From Marivivens sp. (GTDB taxonomy: Bacteria > Pseudomonadota > Alphaproteobacteria > Rhodobacterales > Rhodobacteraceae), in contig JAHEBU010000012.1 of assembly GCA_024642115.1 (NCBI GenBank), forward strand, positions 34,383-98,382: a DNA stretch of 64,000 nt, given 5' to 3'. Position numbers and translations under genes: made by a program. The notes beneath the pieces were generated by a model. The model saw nothing but the letters and a program-made list of their open reading frames with translations. It was not told where the DNA came from and ran no database searches. This document shows, piece by piece, positions 25,649 through 35,407 of this stretch (positions are counted from its first letter, which is position 1; each line of letters starts with the position of its first letter).

Positions 25649-25830
25649 CTAGATTTGGGGGTATTCGGTCAATGACAGGATAGTGCCACTTGGATCGCTG
25701 AACCATGCGATCTTGCTGCCATCTGGCGTTCCTCATCGTTCGACCCTAGCAGAGGTCAGAGGGAGTCGCAGCAGATGTTGATGCGGGCTTTGGTCGGTCC
25801 AAGCCCCATTCCCCGTTCCCTTACCAGCAG
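25649..25830 (-). pseudogene. Decayed remnant of a VOC/glyoxalase-family gene
   Basis: The reverse strand reads ...TPDGSKIAWFSDPSGTILSLTEYPQI* (stop at 25649-25651), a typical VOC C-terminus, truncated by an in-frame TGA 27 codons upstream. A further VOC-like piece (ARINICCDSL) lies in another frame. Boundaries are approximate. Confidence 0.35.
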
Positions 25831-25869
25831 GCTCTGCTAGGCTCTTCCCGAGCAAGCAAGAGGGATGTC

Positions 25870-26847
25870 ATGACCAATACCGTGCGCTGGGGTGTCTTGG
25901 GGGCCGCGAATTTCGCGCTCAATCATATGGCTCCGGCCATTCATGCCGCCAAAGGCGCCGATTTTGCAGCGCTTGCCACGTCGGACCCGGCCAAGGCTGA
26001 GGGGTTCAAGGCGTTCCAGCCGAACCTCAAGGTTCATTCGTCCTACGAGGCGCTCTTGGCCGACCCCGATATCGACGCTGTCTATATTCCCCTGCCCAAT
26101 CACCTGCACGTCGACTGGACGATCAAGGCGCTGGAGGCGGGCAAACATGTCCTGTGCGAAAAGCCCATCGCGATGAACGCAGGCGAATTCGACCGGCTGA
26201 TCGCGGCGCGGGACAAGGCGGGGCTGTTGGCGGCCGAGGCCTTCATGATCGTCCATCATCCGCAATTTGCCCGCGCCCGCGATCTGGTGCAGGGCGGGGC
26301 GATCGGTGCGCTGCGCCATGTGGATGCGACGTTCACCTACAACAACGCGGGCGATGTGACCAACATCCGCAACCGGCCCGAAACCGGCGGCGGCGGGCTG
26401 CCTGACATCGGCGTCTATACCTTTGGGTCCACCCGGTTCGTCACGGGACAGGAGCCCGTGGCGGTCCCCTATGCCAACATCACTTACGAAAACGGGGTGG
26501 ATACCTTTGTGCAGATGGCCGCTGATTTCCCGGCCTTTACCTATTCCGCCGTCATTTCGATGCGCCTGTTCAACCGGCAGTCCGTCACGTTTCATGGCGA
26601 CAAGGGCGTGCTGACCCTGACCTGCCCGTTCAACGCCGCCGTTCACGATCAGGCTGAGATCCGGTTGGAAAATGCTGACAAGGTTGTCACTGTCGAACGG
26701 TTCCCCGGCGTGAACCATTATGTCCATCAGGTTCAGAATTTCTGCGCCAGCGTCCGCACAGGGGCCGCCTATCCCTGTCCGCTGGAATTCAGCCGGGGCA
26801 CGCAGGCGATGATCGACATGACCCTTGCCGCCTGCCCGCCCAAGTAA
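25870..26847 (+). CDS. Gfo/Idh/MocA-family NAD(P)-dependent oxidoreductase
   Basis: Rossmann N-terminus VRWGVLGAANFA and the EKP motif (VLCEKPIAM). 325 aa. Confidence 0.85.
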   Translation: MTNTVRWGVLGAANFALNHMAPAIHAAKGADFAALATSDPAKAEGFKAFQPNLKVHSSYEALLADPDIDAVYIPLPNHLHVDWTIKALEAGKHVLCEKPIAMNAGEFDRLIAARDKAGLLAAEAFMIVHHPQFARARDLVQGGAIGALRHVDATFTYNNAGDVTNIRNRPETGGGGLPDIGVYTFGSTRFVTGQEPVAVPYANITYENGVDTFVQMAADFPAFTYSAVISMRLFNRQSVTFHGDKGVLTLTCPFNAAVHDQAEIRLENADKVVTVERFPGVNHYVHQVQNFCASVRTGAAYPCPLEFSRGTQAMIDMTLAACPPK

Positions 26848-26858
26848 GGAGAGCCGCC

Positions 26859-27137
26859 ATGCCCCCCGATACCGGACCCAGCACCCCCGCCGATTATGAA
26901 AGCCTGTGGATGCGGCTGATCTGGATGATCCTGATCGCCGTGATGCTCAGCGCGTCGCAGACCGTGCTGGGCGTGCTGACCGTGGTGCAGTTCGTCATCA
27001 TGGTCTTCAACAAACGCGAACCCAATGAAACACTTGCCGAATTTGGCACCACGCTGGGCGTCTGGATGGCCAAGGCCGTGCGGTATCAGACGGGCGCGTC
27101 CGAGGTAAAGCCGTGGCCGTGGACCCAACTGGACTAA
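26859..27137 (+). CDS. DUF4389-family small membrane protein
   Basis: 92 aa. The pattern LGVLTVVQFVIMVF..REPNETLAEFG...KPWPW matches my memory of DUF4389. Confidence 0.65.
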   Translation: MPPDTGPSTPADYESLWMRLIWMILIAVMLSASQTVLGVLTVVQFVIMVFNKREPNETLAEFGTTLGVWMAKAVRYQTGASEVKPWPWTQLD

Positions 27138-27706
27138 GGATCGTTCCGGCGGATGCGGCCCCGGTCGCCGATGTCTTGGCCCTGCTTGGCCCCGGCCGCT
27201 GTCATGGCAGTGCCTGTATGTGCCAGCGGTTCCGTATTCCCACGAAACATTGGGTCGGGGTGCTGGACGCGGAAAAGGAAATCCGTCTGGCAGCCCAGGC
27301 GCAGGCGGGCGAAGGGGTCTTGGCCTATCTGGACGATCAGCCTGTCGGCTGGGCCGGGGTGGCCCCGCGCGTGGCGCTGGGGGCGCTGATGACCCGGGCG
27401 CTGCTTTGGTCCGGGCGACCGGACGAGGATCGGACCGACCCTGACGTCTGGTCTGTCCATTGCTTTTTCGTGCGGGCCGGGTTTCGGGGGCGCGGGCTGG
27501 CGCGGCCCTTGCTGGTTGGGGCCGTCGATCAGGCCCGCAGGCTGGGGGCCAAAGTCATCGAAGGCTATCCGATGATCGCTCCCAAAGGGCAGGTGGTCAC
27601 ATGGGGCGAGATGCATGTGGGCAGCCCTGCGACGTTCTCTGCCGCGCAGTTCGTGCAGGTCAGCCAGCCGTCCAAGCGCAGGGTGGTAATGCGCCGAGCA
27701 TTATAG
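27113..27706 (+). CDS. GNAT-family N-acetyltransferase
   Basis: FFVRAGFRGRGLARPLL acetyl-CoA-binding motif (R/Q-x-x-G-x-G/A). The start is uncertain because it overlaps the previous gene by 25 nt. Confidence 0.65.
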   Translation: MAVDPTGLRIVPADAAPVADVLALLGPGRCHGSACMCQRFRIPTKHWVGVLDAEKEIRLAAQAQAGEGVLAYLDDQPVGWAGVAPRVALGALMTRALLWSGRPDEDRTDPDVWSVHCFFVRAGFRGRGLARPLLVGAVDQARRLGAKVIEGYPMIAPKGQVVTWGEMHVGSPATFSAAQFVQVSQPSKRRVVMRRAL

Positions 27707-28177
27707 GCGCGGCAGAGCAAGCGTCAGAATATGTTGCGGCCCGGACCGCCCGCCCAGATACAGCGCCCCGTCGTCCCGCCAGCCACCGCGCAGGTAGCTG
27801 CGATAGGCGATCGAGTTGACGCAATTGACCGTCAGCATGATCTGCCGGACCCCCGGATAAGTTTCGGCCAGATAGTCGGGCAGGGCGTGCAAAGCCGCCC
27901 GGCCATACCCCATCCCCTGAAACTGCGCCCCGATCAGAAAGCCGCGCAGCCCCACCGTGCCGGGCGTGGCGAAATCGTGGGTGGCGGCGAAATCAAGGTC
28001 GATCTTGAAAAATCCGACCGCGTCCACCGCCGACCGGATCATGTGGAATTCGACCATGGGTGTGGTTTCCCGGGTCATGTCGGTGATGGCCGCCACATAC
28101 TGATCCTGACCGGGGCCAAGTTGCAGGTGCAGCACCTGCCCCACGGCATCATGGGGCAGGGGGGCAAGGGTGATCAC
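27701..28177 (-). CDS. GNAT-family N-acetyltransferase
   Basis: IGAQFQGMGYGRAAL motif. 158 aa. ATGA-type overlap with the pepF stop region. Confidence 0.75.
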   Translation of the reverse strand: MITLAPLPHDAVGQVLHLQLGPGQDQYVAAITDMTRETTPMVEFHMIRSAVDAVGFFKIDLDFAATHDFATPGTVGLRGFLIGAQFQGMGYGRAALHALPDYLAETYPGVRQIMLTVNCVNSIAYRSYLRGGWRDDGALYLGGRSGPQHILTLALPRL

Positions 28178-30015
28178 CCCTCAATCGCCTCCAGCTCGTC
28201 AATCATGCCAGCGATGACCGACAGGCCCTTGTCCCAGAATTTCGGATCCGATGCGTCGAGGCCAAAAGGTGCCAACAAGTCCTTGTGATGCTTGGACCCG
28301 CCCGCCTTGAGCATGTCGAAATACTTGGCCTTGAAGTCGGGGTCGCCCTCTTCATAGACGGCATAAAGGGCGTTCACCAACCCGTCGCCAAAGGCATAGG
28401 CATAGACATAGAACGGCGAGTGGACGAAGTGTGGGATATAGGCCCAGAAGGTTTCATAGCCTGGGGCAAAGTCGAATACATCCCCCAGCGATTGCGCCTG
28501 CACCGACATCCAGAGCGCGTTGATGTCGTCGGGGGTCAGTTCCCCCTGACCCCGTGCCGCGTGCAGTTTGCATTCAAAGTCATAGAACGCGATCTGCCGG
28601 ACGACAGTGTTGATCATGTCCTCGACCTTGCCTGCCAGCAGGATCTTGCGCTCGGCCTTGTCCTTGGCCTGTGACAGCAGTTTCTTGAAGGTCAGCATCT
28701 CGCCAAAGACCGACGCCGTTTCGGCCAGAGTCAGCGGGGTCGAGGACAACAGTTCGCCCTGTCCGGCCGCCAGAACCTGATGGACGCCGTGGCCGAGTTC
28801 GTGGGCAAGCGTCATCACGTCGCGCGGTTTGCCAAGGTAGTTGAGCATCACATAGGGGTGGACGGTGGTGACGGTTGGGTGGGCAAAGGCGCCGGGCGCT
28901 TTGCCCGGTTTCACGCCCGCGTCGATCCAGCCCTTGTCAAAGAACGGTTTGGCCAGGTCGGCCATCGCGGGGTCAAAGGCGGCATAGGCGTCCAGCACGG
29001 TCTTTTCCGCCTCTTCCCAACTGACGATGCGGGTCGATTCCATCGGCAGGGGCGCGTTGCGGTCCCAGACCTGCATCCGGTCCAGCCCCAGCCATTTCGC
29101 CTTGAGCCGGTAATACCGGTGCGACAGGCGGGGATAGGCGGCGACCACCGCATTACGCAGCGCCTCGACCACTTCGGGTTCGACATGGTTGGACAGGTGG
29201 CGGCCGGTTTGGGGGGTGGGGAACCCGCGCCAGCGATCCTCGATCTCTTTTTCCTTGGCCAGCGTGTTGTGGATGCGGGCAAAGGTTTTCACATTCTGGC
29301 CGAACACGCGTGCGAGTTCGTGGGTGGCCGCCTCGCGCTGGGTCCGGTCCTGTTCGGTCAGTAGGTTCAGCGTGCCTTCGATCGTCAGGTCTTCGCCGTT
29401 CACGTTGAATTCGAGGCCGGCGATGGTTTCATCGAACAGGCGGTTCCATGCGGCGGCCCCGACGGTGGACTGGTCGTGCAGGAATTTTTCAAGCTCGTCG
29501 GACAGTTGATAAGGTTTCATCGACCGCATCCGATCAAACACGGGTTTGTAGCGGGCGAGGTCGGGGTTTTCGGTCAGGATTCTGCTCAGATGGGCGTCGT
29601 CCAGCCGGTTGAATTCAAGGCTCCAGAACACGAGTGGGGTGGTGAAACTGGTGATCTTGTCCTGACAATCGGACATGAATTTCGCCCGGTCGCTGTCGAT
29701 GGTCAGTTGATAATAGCGCAGGCCCGCAAAGGACATGATCCGCCCGGCGATCACGTCGATCCGTTCATAGCGCAGGACGGCGTCGAGCATGTCCTTGGCA
29801 GTGAGGCTGGCCAGTTTGCCTTCGTAATCACGAGCGAAGGACGCGCAGGCCTGCTCCAGCCAGTCCATGTCGCGCTTGATCTCAGCACTGTCTTGCGACG
29901 GATAGAGGTCTGTCAGGTCCCATTCGGGAAGCGGGCCGAGGGAGTTGCCACCAGAGGTGTGAGCGTCGAAAACGGGACGGGTCATGGGTCTGCCTTGTGC
30001 TGTTTGGGTCAACAT
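28174..30015 (-). CDS. pepF: Oligoendopeptidase F (M3B family)
   Basis: HELGHGVH zinc motif with a downstream E. About 600 aa. The start could instead be the ATG at 29985. Confidence 0.9.
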   Translation of the reverse strand: MLTQTAQGRPMTRPVFDAHTSGGNSLGPLPEWDLTDLYPSQDSAEIKRDMDWLEQACASFARDYEGKLASLTAKDMLDAVLRYERIDVIAGRIMSFAGLRYYQLTIDSDRAKFMSDCQDKITSFTTPLVFWSLEFNRLDDAHLSRILTENPDLARYKPVFDRMRSMKPYQLSDELEKFLHDQSTVGAAAWNRLFDETIAGLEFNVNGEDLTIEGTLNLLTEQDRTQREAATHELARVFGQNVKTFARIHNTLAKEKEIEDRWRGFPTPQTGRHLSNHVEPEVVEALRNAVVAAYPRLSHRYYRLKAKWLGLDRMQVWDRNAPLPMESTRIVSWEEAEKTVLDAYAAFDPAMADLAKPFFDKGWIDAGVKPGKAPGAFAHPTVTTVHPYVMLNYLGKPRDVMTLAHELGHGVHQVLAAGQGELLSSTPLTLAETASVFGEMLTFKKLLSQAKDKAERKILLAGKVEDMINTVVRQIAFYDFECKLHAARGQGELTPDDINALWMSVQAQSLGDVFDFAPGYETFWAYIPHFVHSPFYVYAYAFGDGLVNALYAVYEEGDPDFKAKYFDMLKAGGSKHHKDLLAPFGLDASDPKFWDKGLSVIAGMIDELEAIEG

Positions 30016-30079
30016 AAGGGACCGGCGGGCTGGTTGAAAGCGGTGGAGCCTCCGGCGGGAGTTTTTTTGACCAAAGAAG
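30016..30079. repeat. Truncated second copy of the 10.8-kb composite element
   Basis: 30045-30079 GGAGCCTCCGGCGGGAGTTTTTTTGACCAAAGAAG is nearly identical to 10899-10933. It is preceded by a degenerate palindrome, CGGCGGGCTGGTTGAAAGCGG. Confidence 0.55.
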
Positions 30080-30093
30080 GGGGTTCGGGGGGG

Positions 30094-30109
30094 CGTTCAC
30101 ATGTGAACG
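30094..30109. promoter_or_regulatory. Perfect 16-bp palindrome CGTTCACATGTGAACG
   Basis: Read directly from an AT-rich island between the ligase stop and the pepF start. It could be an operator or a hairpin. Confidence 0.3.
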
Positions 30110-30215
30110 GGTTTCAAGATATTGATATTATGATGTTTTCTGGAATTTGTGCTTTTGGAGTCCCCCGCGGTTCAACGCGTGTTCGCGGCCAAGGGCGGGC
30201 ATTCAGACCGCAGGG

Positions 30216-31805
30216 TCAGCCATAGTTCGCCAGCATTTCTTTGAGGTCGGACAGCGTGTTCGCCTCGGCCGCCGGTTTGTCGTGCCGCCAGCGCGACATA
30301 CGCGGAAACCGTAGTGCGACGCCAGATTTGTGCCGGGGGCTGGCCTGAATCCCTTCAAAGGCGATTTCAAAGACGTGTTCGGGCGTTACCTGCCGCACCG
30401 GGCCGAACCGTTGTAGCGTGTTCTTGCGGACCCACGCAGTGATCTGGCCGAATTCGGCGTCGGTCAGCCCCGAGTAGGCTTTGGTGAACGGCACAAGGTC
30501 CGGCCCATCCCAGACCGCGAAGGTGAAATCGGTAAAGAGATTGGCCCGCCGCCCCGATCCGGCCTGCGCATAGATCATCACCGCGTCGATGGTCAGCGGA
30601 TCGACCTTCCATTTCCACCAGTCCCCCTTTTTGCGCCCGGACAGATAGGGGCTGTCCTGTCGTTTGAGCATCAGCCCCTCGGCCCCGATATCGCGACTGG
30701 TGGCGCGGGTCGCCGCGAGCGTGTCCCAGTCGGAGCCGTCGATTTGCGGCGAGAGGCGAGCCGGCGCGTCGGGGGGCAGGGTTGCCAGAAGCGCGGCCAA
30801 CCGGGTGCGTCTGTCGCGGTGGGGCAGGGAGCGGATGTCTTGCCCTGCGTCCTCGAGCAGGTCATAGGCCATCAGGATCACGGGCGCCTCGACCAGCAGT
30901 TTTTTCGGCACCGTCTTGCGCCCGATCCGGCTTTGCAGCGTTGTGAAGGAGAGCGGCGCGCCGCCCGCATAGGCGAGGATTTCGCCATCCATCACGGTCC
31001 CTTGCGGCAGCCAGTCGGCCAGACGTGCCAGTTCCGGGAAGCGATCGGTCATCAGATCCTCGCCACGGCTCCAGACATGGACCTGACCGCCGCGCAGGAT
31101 CACCTGCCCGCGGATGCCGTCCCATTTCCATTCGGCCGACCAGTCGGTCGCGGCGCCGAGGGTGGTCAGATCCTCGACCTGATAGGCGAGGTAGAACGGG
31201 TAGGGCCGCGAGAGGTCAGCGGTGGGGTCGGTGGCGTCGATCAGATTGGCCCAACTTGTGCTGTCGGGCGTCCAGTTCCCCATGAGTTTGTGCGTCACAT
31301 CAGCCTCGGCCTGGCCGGTCGCCTGCGCCAGCGCCCGCGTCATCAGTTTCTGGCTGACCCCGACCCGGAACCCGCCGGTCAGCAGTTTGGTGAAGAGGAA
31401 CCGTTCGCCGGTGGGCAGGCTGTCCCATGCGGCGAGAATCCCGGCCTTGCGGTCGCTGTCACCCAGCGTCGAGAGGCGACGCAGTTCGCCGATCCAGTAG
31501 GTGAGGCTGTGATCACTGGTTTGGGTCGGCGGCGGTAGGACGAGGCTGATGGTTTCGGCCAGATCGCCGACGATGGGATAGGATTCTTCGAACAACCACA
31601 GGGGGATTCCGGCCCGTTCCGCCGCCCAATCGCGCAGCAAAGTTGTCGTAATCACTCTTTTTGGCCTGCGCCCTGAGAAGAGGCCGATGGTCCAGAGTTT
31701 GTCATCGTCCGGGGCGGTGCGGAAATAGTCGGCCATTGCCGCGACCTTTGCCGTTGTCTTGGTCGTCTGGTCGAGCGCGGCGTAGAGGACGGCAAAGTGT
31801 TTCAT
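30216..31805 (-). CDS. ATP-dependent DNA ligase (ligase-associated DNA damage response type)
   Basis: Adenylation motif EWKWDGIR (KxDG) and an OB-fold C-terminus. 529 aa. ATGA-type overlap with the upstream MBL exonuclease gene. Confidence 0.9.
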   Translation of the reverse strand: MKHFAVLYAALDQTTKTTAKVAAMADYFRTAPDDDKLWTIGLFSGRRPKRVITTTLLRDWAAERAGIPLWLFEESYPIVGDLAETISLVLPPPTQTSDHSLTYWIGELRRLSTLGDSDRKAGILAAWDSLPTGERFLFTKLLTGGFRVGVSQKLMTRALAQATGQAEADVTHKLMGNWTPDSTSWANLIDATDPTADLSRPYPFYLAYQVEDLTTLGAATDWSAEWKWDGIRGQVILRGGQVHVWSRGEDLMTDRFPELARLADWLPQGTVMDGEILAYAGGAPLSFTTLQSRIGRKTVPKKLLVEAPVILMAYDLLEDAGQDIRSLPHRDRRTRLAALLATLPPDAPARLSPQIDGSDWDTLAATRATSRDIGAEGLMLKRQDSPYLSGRKKGDWWKWKVDPLTIDAVMIYAQAGSGRRANLFTDFTFAVWDGPDLVPFTKAYSGLTDAEFGQITAWVRKNTLQRFGPVRQVTPEHVFEIAFEGIQASPRHKSGVALRFPRMSRWRHDKPAAEANTLSDLKEMLANYG

Positions 31806-32851
31806 GCCGCCTCCTCGGGTCCGTCTGGGGGCGCATCGAACCCTTCGCCGTCGTATTCGGTGCTTACGATCTGCGCATCAACGCCCTGGTCGACCAGCCA
31901 GCGCCGAAAGACCGACGTATAGCCGTGGGTGACAAAGATCCGGTCGGCCCCGGTTGCGCGGATTGCGTCGTTCAGCCCCTGCCAGTCGGCGTGGTCGGAC
32001 ACCACGAACCCCCGGTCGGCCGACCGCCGCCGCCGCACACCGCGCAGCGCCATCCAGCCGGAGGCAAAGGCGGTCGAGGCATTGCCAAACCGCCGGACCC
32101 ACGGCCCGTTCAGCGCCGAGGGTGTGGCCAGCACCAGAGCGCCGGGGTAGGCGCGCAGGTCGGTTTCGGGCGTCACGCGGATCGTCTTGGAGAGGGGGAT
32201 GCCTTGGGCCCGAAGGACCTCGTTGGTGTTCTCTATCGCGCCATGGGTCAGGATTGGCCCGATGTCGGTGTTGACCGTGGTCAGCAAACGTTGAGCTTTA
32301 CCAAGGGAATAGGCCCCAAGGACAGAGAACCGTCCGTCTGCGGCGTTGGCGGCCCACCAGTCGTCGATCTGCGATTTCAGGATGTCGGGCGGGGTCCAGC
32401 GGAACACCGGCAACCCAAACGTGCATTCGCTGATGAAGGCGTGGCAGCGCACGGGTTCGAACGGTTCGGACAGCCCGTCAGCCACGACCTTGTAATCGCC
32501 CGAGGCAACCCAGATTTCGCCCCCCACTTCGACCCTAATCTGTGCAGAGCCGGGGACGTGGCCTGCGGGGTGGAACGAAACGGTGGCCCCGCCGATCTGG
32601 CGCGGTTCGCCGTAGCGGATGGTTGTGAGGTCGATGTCCCCCAGTCGGTGCCGGATGACCGGGGCTGCGGCGTCAGTGGACAGGTAGCGGCCCATGCCGG
32701 GGCGCGCGTGGTCGGAATGGCCGTGAGTGATAAGCGCCCGGTCCACCGACCGCCAGGGGTCGATGTAGAAATCGCCCGCCTCGCAGTAGATGCCCCGGTC
32801 GGTAAAGGTCAGAACCTGTGCCATGCGTTCAGGGTAGTCTGCCCTTGGCAA
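31802..32851 (-). CDS. Ligase-associated metallo-beta-lactamase-fold (beta-CASP-like) exonuclease
   Basis: HGHSDHARPG (HxHxDH) motif. 349 aa. Its stop overlaps the ligase start. Confidence 0.85.
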   Translation of the reverse strand: MPRADYPERMAQVLTFTDRGIYCEAGDFYIDPWRSVDRALITHGHSDHARPGMGRYLSTDAAAPVIRHRLGDIDLTTIRYGEPRQIGGATVSFHPAGHVPGSAQIRVEVGGEIWVASGDYKVVADGLSEPFEPVRCHAFISECTFGLPVFRWTPPDILKSQIDDWWAANAADGRFSVLGAYSLGKAQRLLTTVNTDIGPILTHGAIENTNEVLRAQGIPLSKTIRVTPETDLRAYPGALVLATPSALNGPWVRRFGNASTAFASGWMALRGVRRRRSADRGFVVSDHADWQGLNDAIRATGADRIFVTHGYTSVFRRWLVDQGVDAQIVSTEYDGEGFDAPPDGPEEAA

Positions 32852-32854
32852 AGG

Positions 32855-33583
32855 TCAAAGCGGGGTGATCGTGGCCGCGCCCGCGTGAAGATCCTCCATC
32901 CGGTCGAACCGGAGGTAGGCGATGGCCCGGTCCCCTGCGCGGCTGAGCAGCGTGCCTGCGGGTTTGTCGCCGGTGGTGATTTCGCTGCCGGGGTCGGCGA
33001 GGCCGTGGACGGTGACGCCAACGAGCCCCTTTTTCAACTCGGTCTTGTGGCGCATCCGGGCGGTGACTTCTTGCCCGACGTAGCAGCCTTTTTTGAAATC
33101 CACACCGTTCAGGCGGTCGAACCCGGCTTCGAGGATATAGGTGTCGGGGGTCAGTTCGATGCCTGTTTCGGGGATCAGGTGGGCGACGCGCAGGGCGGTC
33201 CAGTCGGTGGTGTCGCTGATGTCGGTCGCACCATAAGCCCGCCAGCCCATGTCCATGTGCCGTGGGTCGGGCAGGGCGCCAGCCGGGATCGGCCCCGTCC
33301 CGCGCGATACGATGAGGTCGGTTTCGCCGATCTGCACGTCCGCCCTGAGCCGGTACATGCCAAGCCGCTGGCCGAGCGGGGCCGCCAGCGCGGTCGCCAC
33401 GTCGATCAGGATGCGGTCCGCCTGTCCGATCAGGAAGAAATCGGCAATGTATTTGCCCTGGGGCGTGAGCAGGGCCGCATAGACGATGCCGTCCCGCGCA
33501 CGGGTGACGTCGTTACTGACCAGTCCTTGCAGAAAGGCTTCGCGGTCGGCGCCGGTCACGGAAAGCACGGTTCGGTCGGTCAT
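32855..33583 (-). CDS. ygfZ: Folate-binding protein YgfZ (GcvT-like)
   Basis: KKGCYVGQEVTARM signature. 242 aa. Confidence 0.85.
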   Translation of the reverse strand: MTDRTVLSVTGADREAFLQGLVSNDVTRARDGIVYAALLTPQGKYIADFFLIGQADRILIDVATALAAPLGQRLGMYRLRADVQIGETDLIVSRGTGPIPAGALPDPRHMDMGWRAYGATDISDTTDWTALRVAHLIPETGIELTPDTYILEAGFDRLNGVDFKKGCYVGQEVTARMRHKTELKKGLVGVTVHGLADPGSEITTGDKPAGTLLSRAGDRAIAYLRFDRMEDLHAGAATITPL

Positions 33584-33628
33584 CTGATCCCCCTTGTCCG
33601 CCCATATATAGCGGCTGGGCGGGAAAGA

Positions 33629-35407
33629 TCAGCCATTGTCGTCGGGTTTGAATTGAAGGCGGTAGAGGTCGGCATAGAGGCCCCCCCGCGCAATCAGCTC
33701 GTCATGCGTCCCCTGATCGACCACCTGACCGCGATCCATGACCACGATCTTGTCGGCGTTGCGGACGGTGGAGAGGCGGTGCGCGATCACCAGTGTCGTG
33801 CGTCCCTTGGACAGTTGTTCGAGAGCCATTTGCACGACCGCTTCGGATTTGGTGTCCAGCGCCGAGGTTGCCTCGTCCAGAAGCAGGATCTGCGTGTTGC
33901 GCAAAAGGGCGCGGGCGATGGCCACCCGTTGCCGCTGACCGCCCGACAGGGCCGATCCGCGCGGTCCTGCGGGGCTGTCGAGCCCGCCCGACAGTTGCGG
34001 CAGGAAATCGGTCACATGGGCTGCGGTCAGAACCCGGTCCAGCTGGTCCTGCGGCATGTCGGTCCGTCCCAGCAGGATATTGTCGCGCAAGGTTTCGTCG
34101 AACAGCGCCGCATCCTGTGTGACCACCGAAAAGAGGCCTCGAAGATCATCGAGCGACATCGCGCCGATCGGCACAGCGCCGATTGTGACCGTGCCCGACT
34201 GCGGTTCGACCAGCCGGGTCAGCACATTGAAGATCGTGCTTTTCCCCGCGCCCGAAGCGCCCACGAGCGCGGTGGTCGCGCCCGCCTCGGCAATCAGGGA
34301 TGCGCCTTTGAGGACCGGGAAATCGGCATAGCTCACGGTGACGTCGGACAGGACGATCCGAGGCGCGCCGGTAGGCGGCGGGACGGGTCGCGCCGGGCTG
34401 ACAAGTGTCGGCTGGGCCTGAAACAGCGCGTGGATGCGTTCGATGCTCGCCGTTGCCGCCTGAAACAGACCGCTGAGGTTTCCCAGACGCCGCAGCGGTT
34501 CAAAGGCCAGCGCCATGGCGGTGAAAAACGCCATGAATTCACCGACCGTCTTGTCCCCCGCTGCGATCTGCGCGCCGCCATAAAACAGAACGCCCATGAA
34601 CCCGAAGCCGGTCATGATGTCGATCAGGCCGGGGATTGTGGCCTGCCCAAGGGCCGTCTTGACCTCGGTATCGACCTTGGCCCCGATCAGGGCGGCGTAG
34701 CGTTTGCTTTGATAGCTCTCCAGCCCGTTGAGTTTGATCGGGTTGATGCCGTGGAATACCTCGTCCAGCCGGGTGGACATCTTGGCCGCCACCTCGCGCG
34801 ATTGGCGGGCCTTGCGCCGGACAAAGCCCTGCACAGCGAGCGAAGGCAGGACCAGCAGGGGGATGCCCACGAGGGCGACCAGTGTCCAGCGCCAATCGAC
34901 CCAGAGCGCCACGCCAAACAGCCACAGCACCGCGACACCGTCCCGCGCAATGCCGGTGACGATCCCTGACCAGACCGCCCCGACCGCCTGAACATCCCCT
35001 TGAACCCGTTCGATCAGGGTGCCTGGCGGATTGGTCTGGTGGAACGCGCTGTCCAGCCGCATCAAATGCGCCAACAGGTCAGACCGCAGCGCGGCGGCCG
35101 TTGTTTCGTTGACCCGGGTCATCACCACCTTTTGCCCGACAGATGCAACGGCCCGGGTGACAAAGACGCCCAGCACTGTCAGCGCGACCATCCAGATCGC
35201 CCCGGCCTGACCATCGGTCAACACGTTGTCGAACATCGGTTTCATGGCGTAGCTCAGGACGCCCAGCGTGGACCCTTCGAGCACCATGAACCCAACGGCG
35301 ACCGCCAGCCAGCCGATCTGGCGGCTGAGATAGCCCTTCCAGAGCCAGCTGAACAACGCGCGTCCGTTAAGCGGGCGGGCAAGGGCCGGTTGGGGGGAAA
35401 CGGTCAT
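33629..35407 (-). CDS. ABC exporter, fused permease/ATPase (MsbA/NdvA type)
   Basis: Six TM helices followed by Walker A GASGAGKST, signature LSGGQRQR and Walker B ILLLDEATSALD. The internal ATG at 35407 was chosen as the start. Confidence 0.85.
   Translation of the reverse strand: MTVSPQPALARPLNGRALFSWLWKGYLSRQIGWLAVAVGFMVLEGSTLGVLSYAMKPMFDNVLTDGQAGAIWMVALTVLGVFVTRAVASVGQKVVMTRVNETTAAALRSDLLAHLMRLDSAFHQTNPPGTLIERVQGDVQAVGAVWSGIVTGIARDGVAVLWLFGVALWVDWRWTLVALVGIPLLVLPSLAVQGFVRRKARQSREVAAKMSTRLDEVFHGINPIKLNGLESYQSKRYAALIGAKVDTEVKTALGQATIPGLIDIMTGFGFMGVLFYGGAQIAAGDKTVGEFMAFFTAMALAFEPLRRLGNLSGLFQAATASIERIHALFQAQPTLVSPARPVPPPTGAPRIVLSDVTVSYADFPVLKGASLIAEAGATTALVGASGAGKSTIFNVLTRLVEPQSGTVTIGAVPIGAMSLDDLRGLFSVVTQDAALFDETLRDNILLGRTDMPQDQLDRVLTAAHVTDFLPQLSGGLDSPAGPRGSALSGGQRQRVAIARALLRNTQILLLDEATSALDTKSEAVVQMALEQLSKGRTTLVIAHRLSTVRNADKIVVMDRGQVVDQGTHDELIARGGLYADLYRLQFKPDDNG

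Noticed and set aside
30094-30109. Considered CGTTCACATGTGAACG as a LexA box for the ligase/exonuclease pair
   Set aside because: The alphaproteobacterial operator is a direct repeat (GTTC-N7-GTTC). This sequence is an inverted repeat (GTTC-N6-GAAC) and lies downstream of the ligase, not upstream. It is kept only as an unexplained palindrome.
31661-34969. 1102-aa ORF on the + strand, the longest ORF in the window
   Set aside because: It runs antisense across four well-supported minus-strand genes (exonuclease, ygfZ, ABC exporter and the ligase 5' end). Its translation is low-complexity and Arg/Gly/Pro/Ala-rich with no motifs. This is the typical shadow ORF of a high-GC3 genome.
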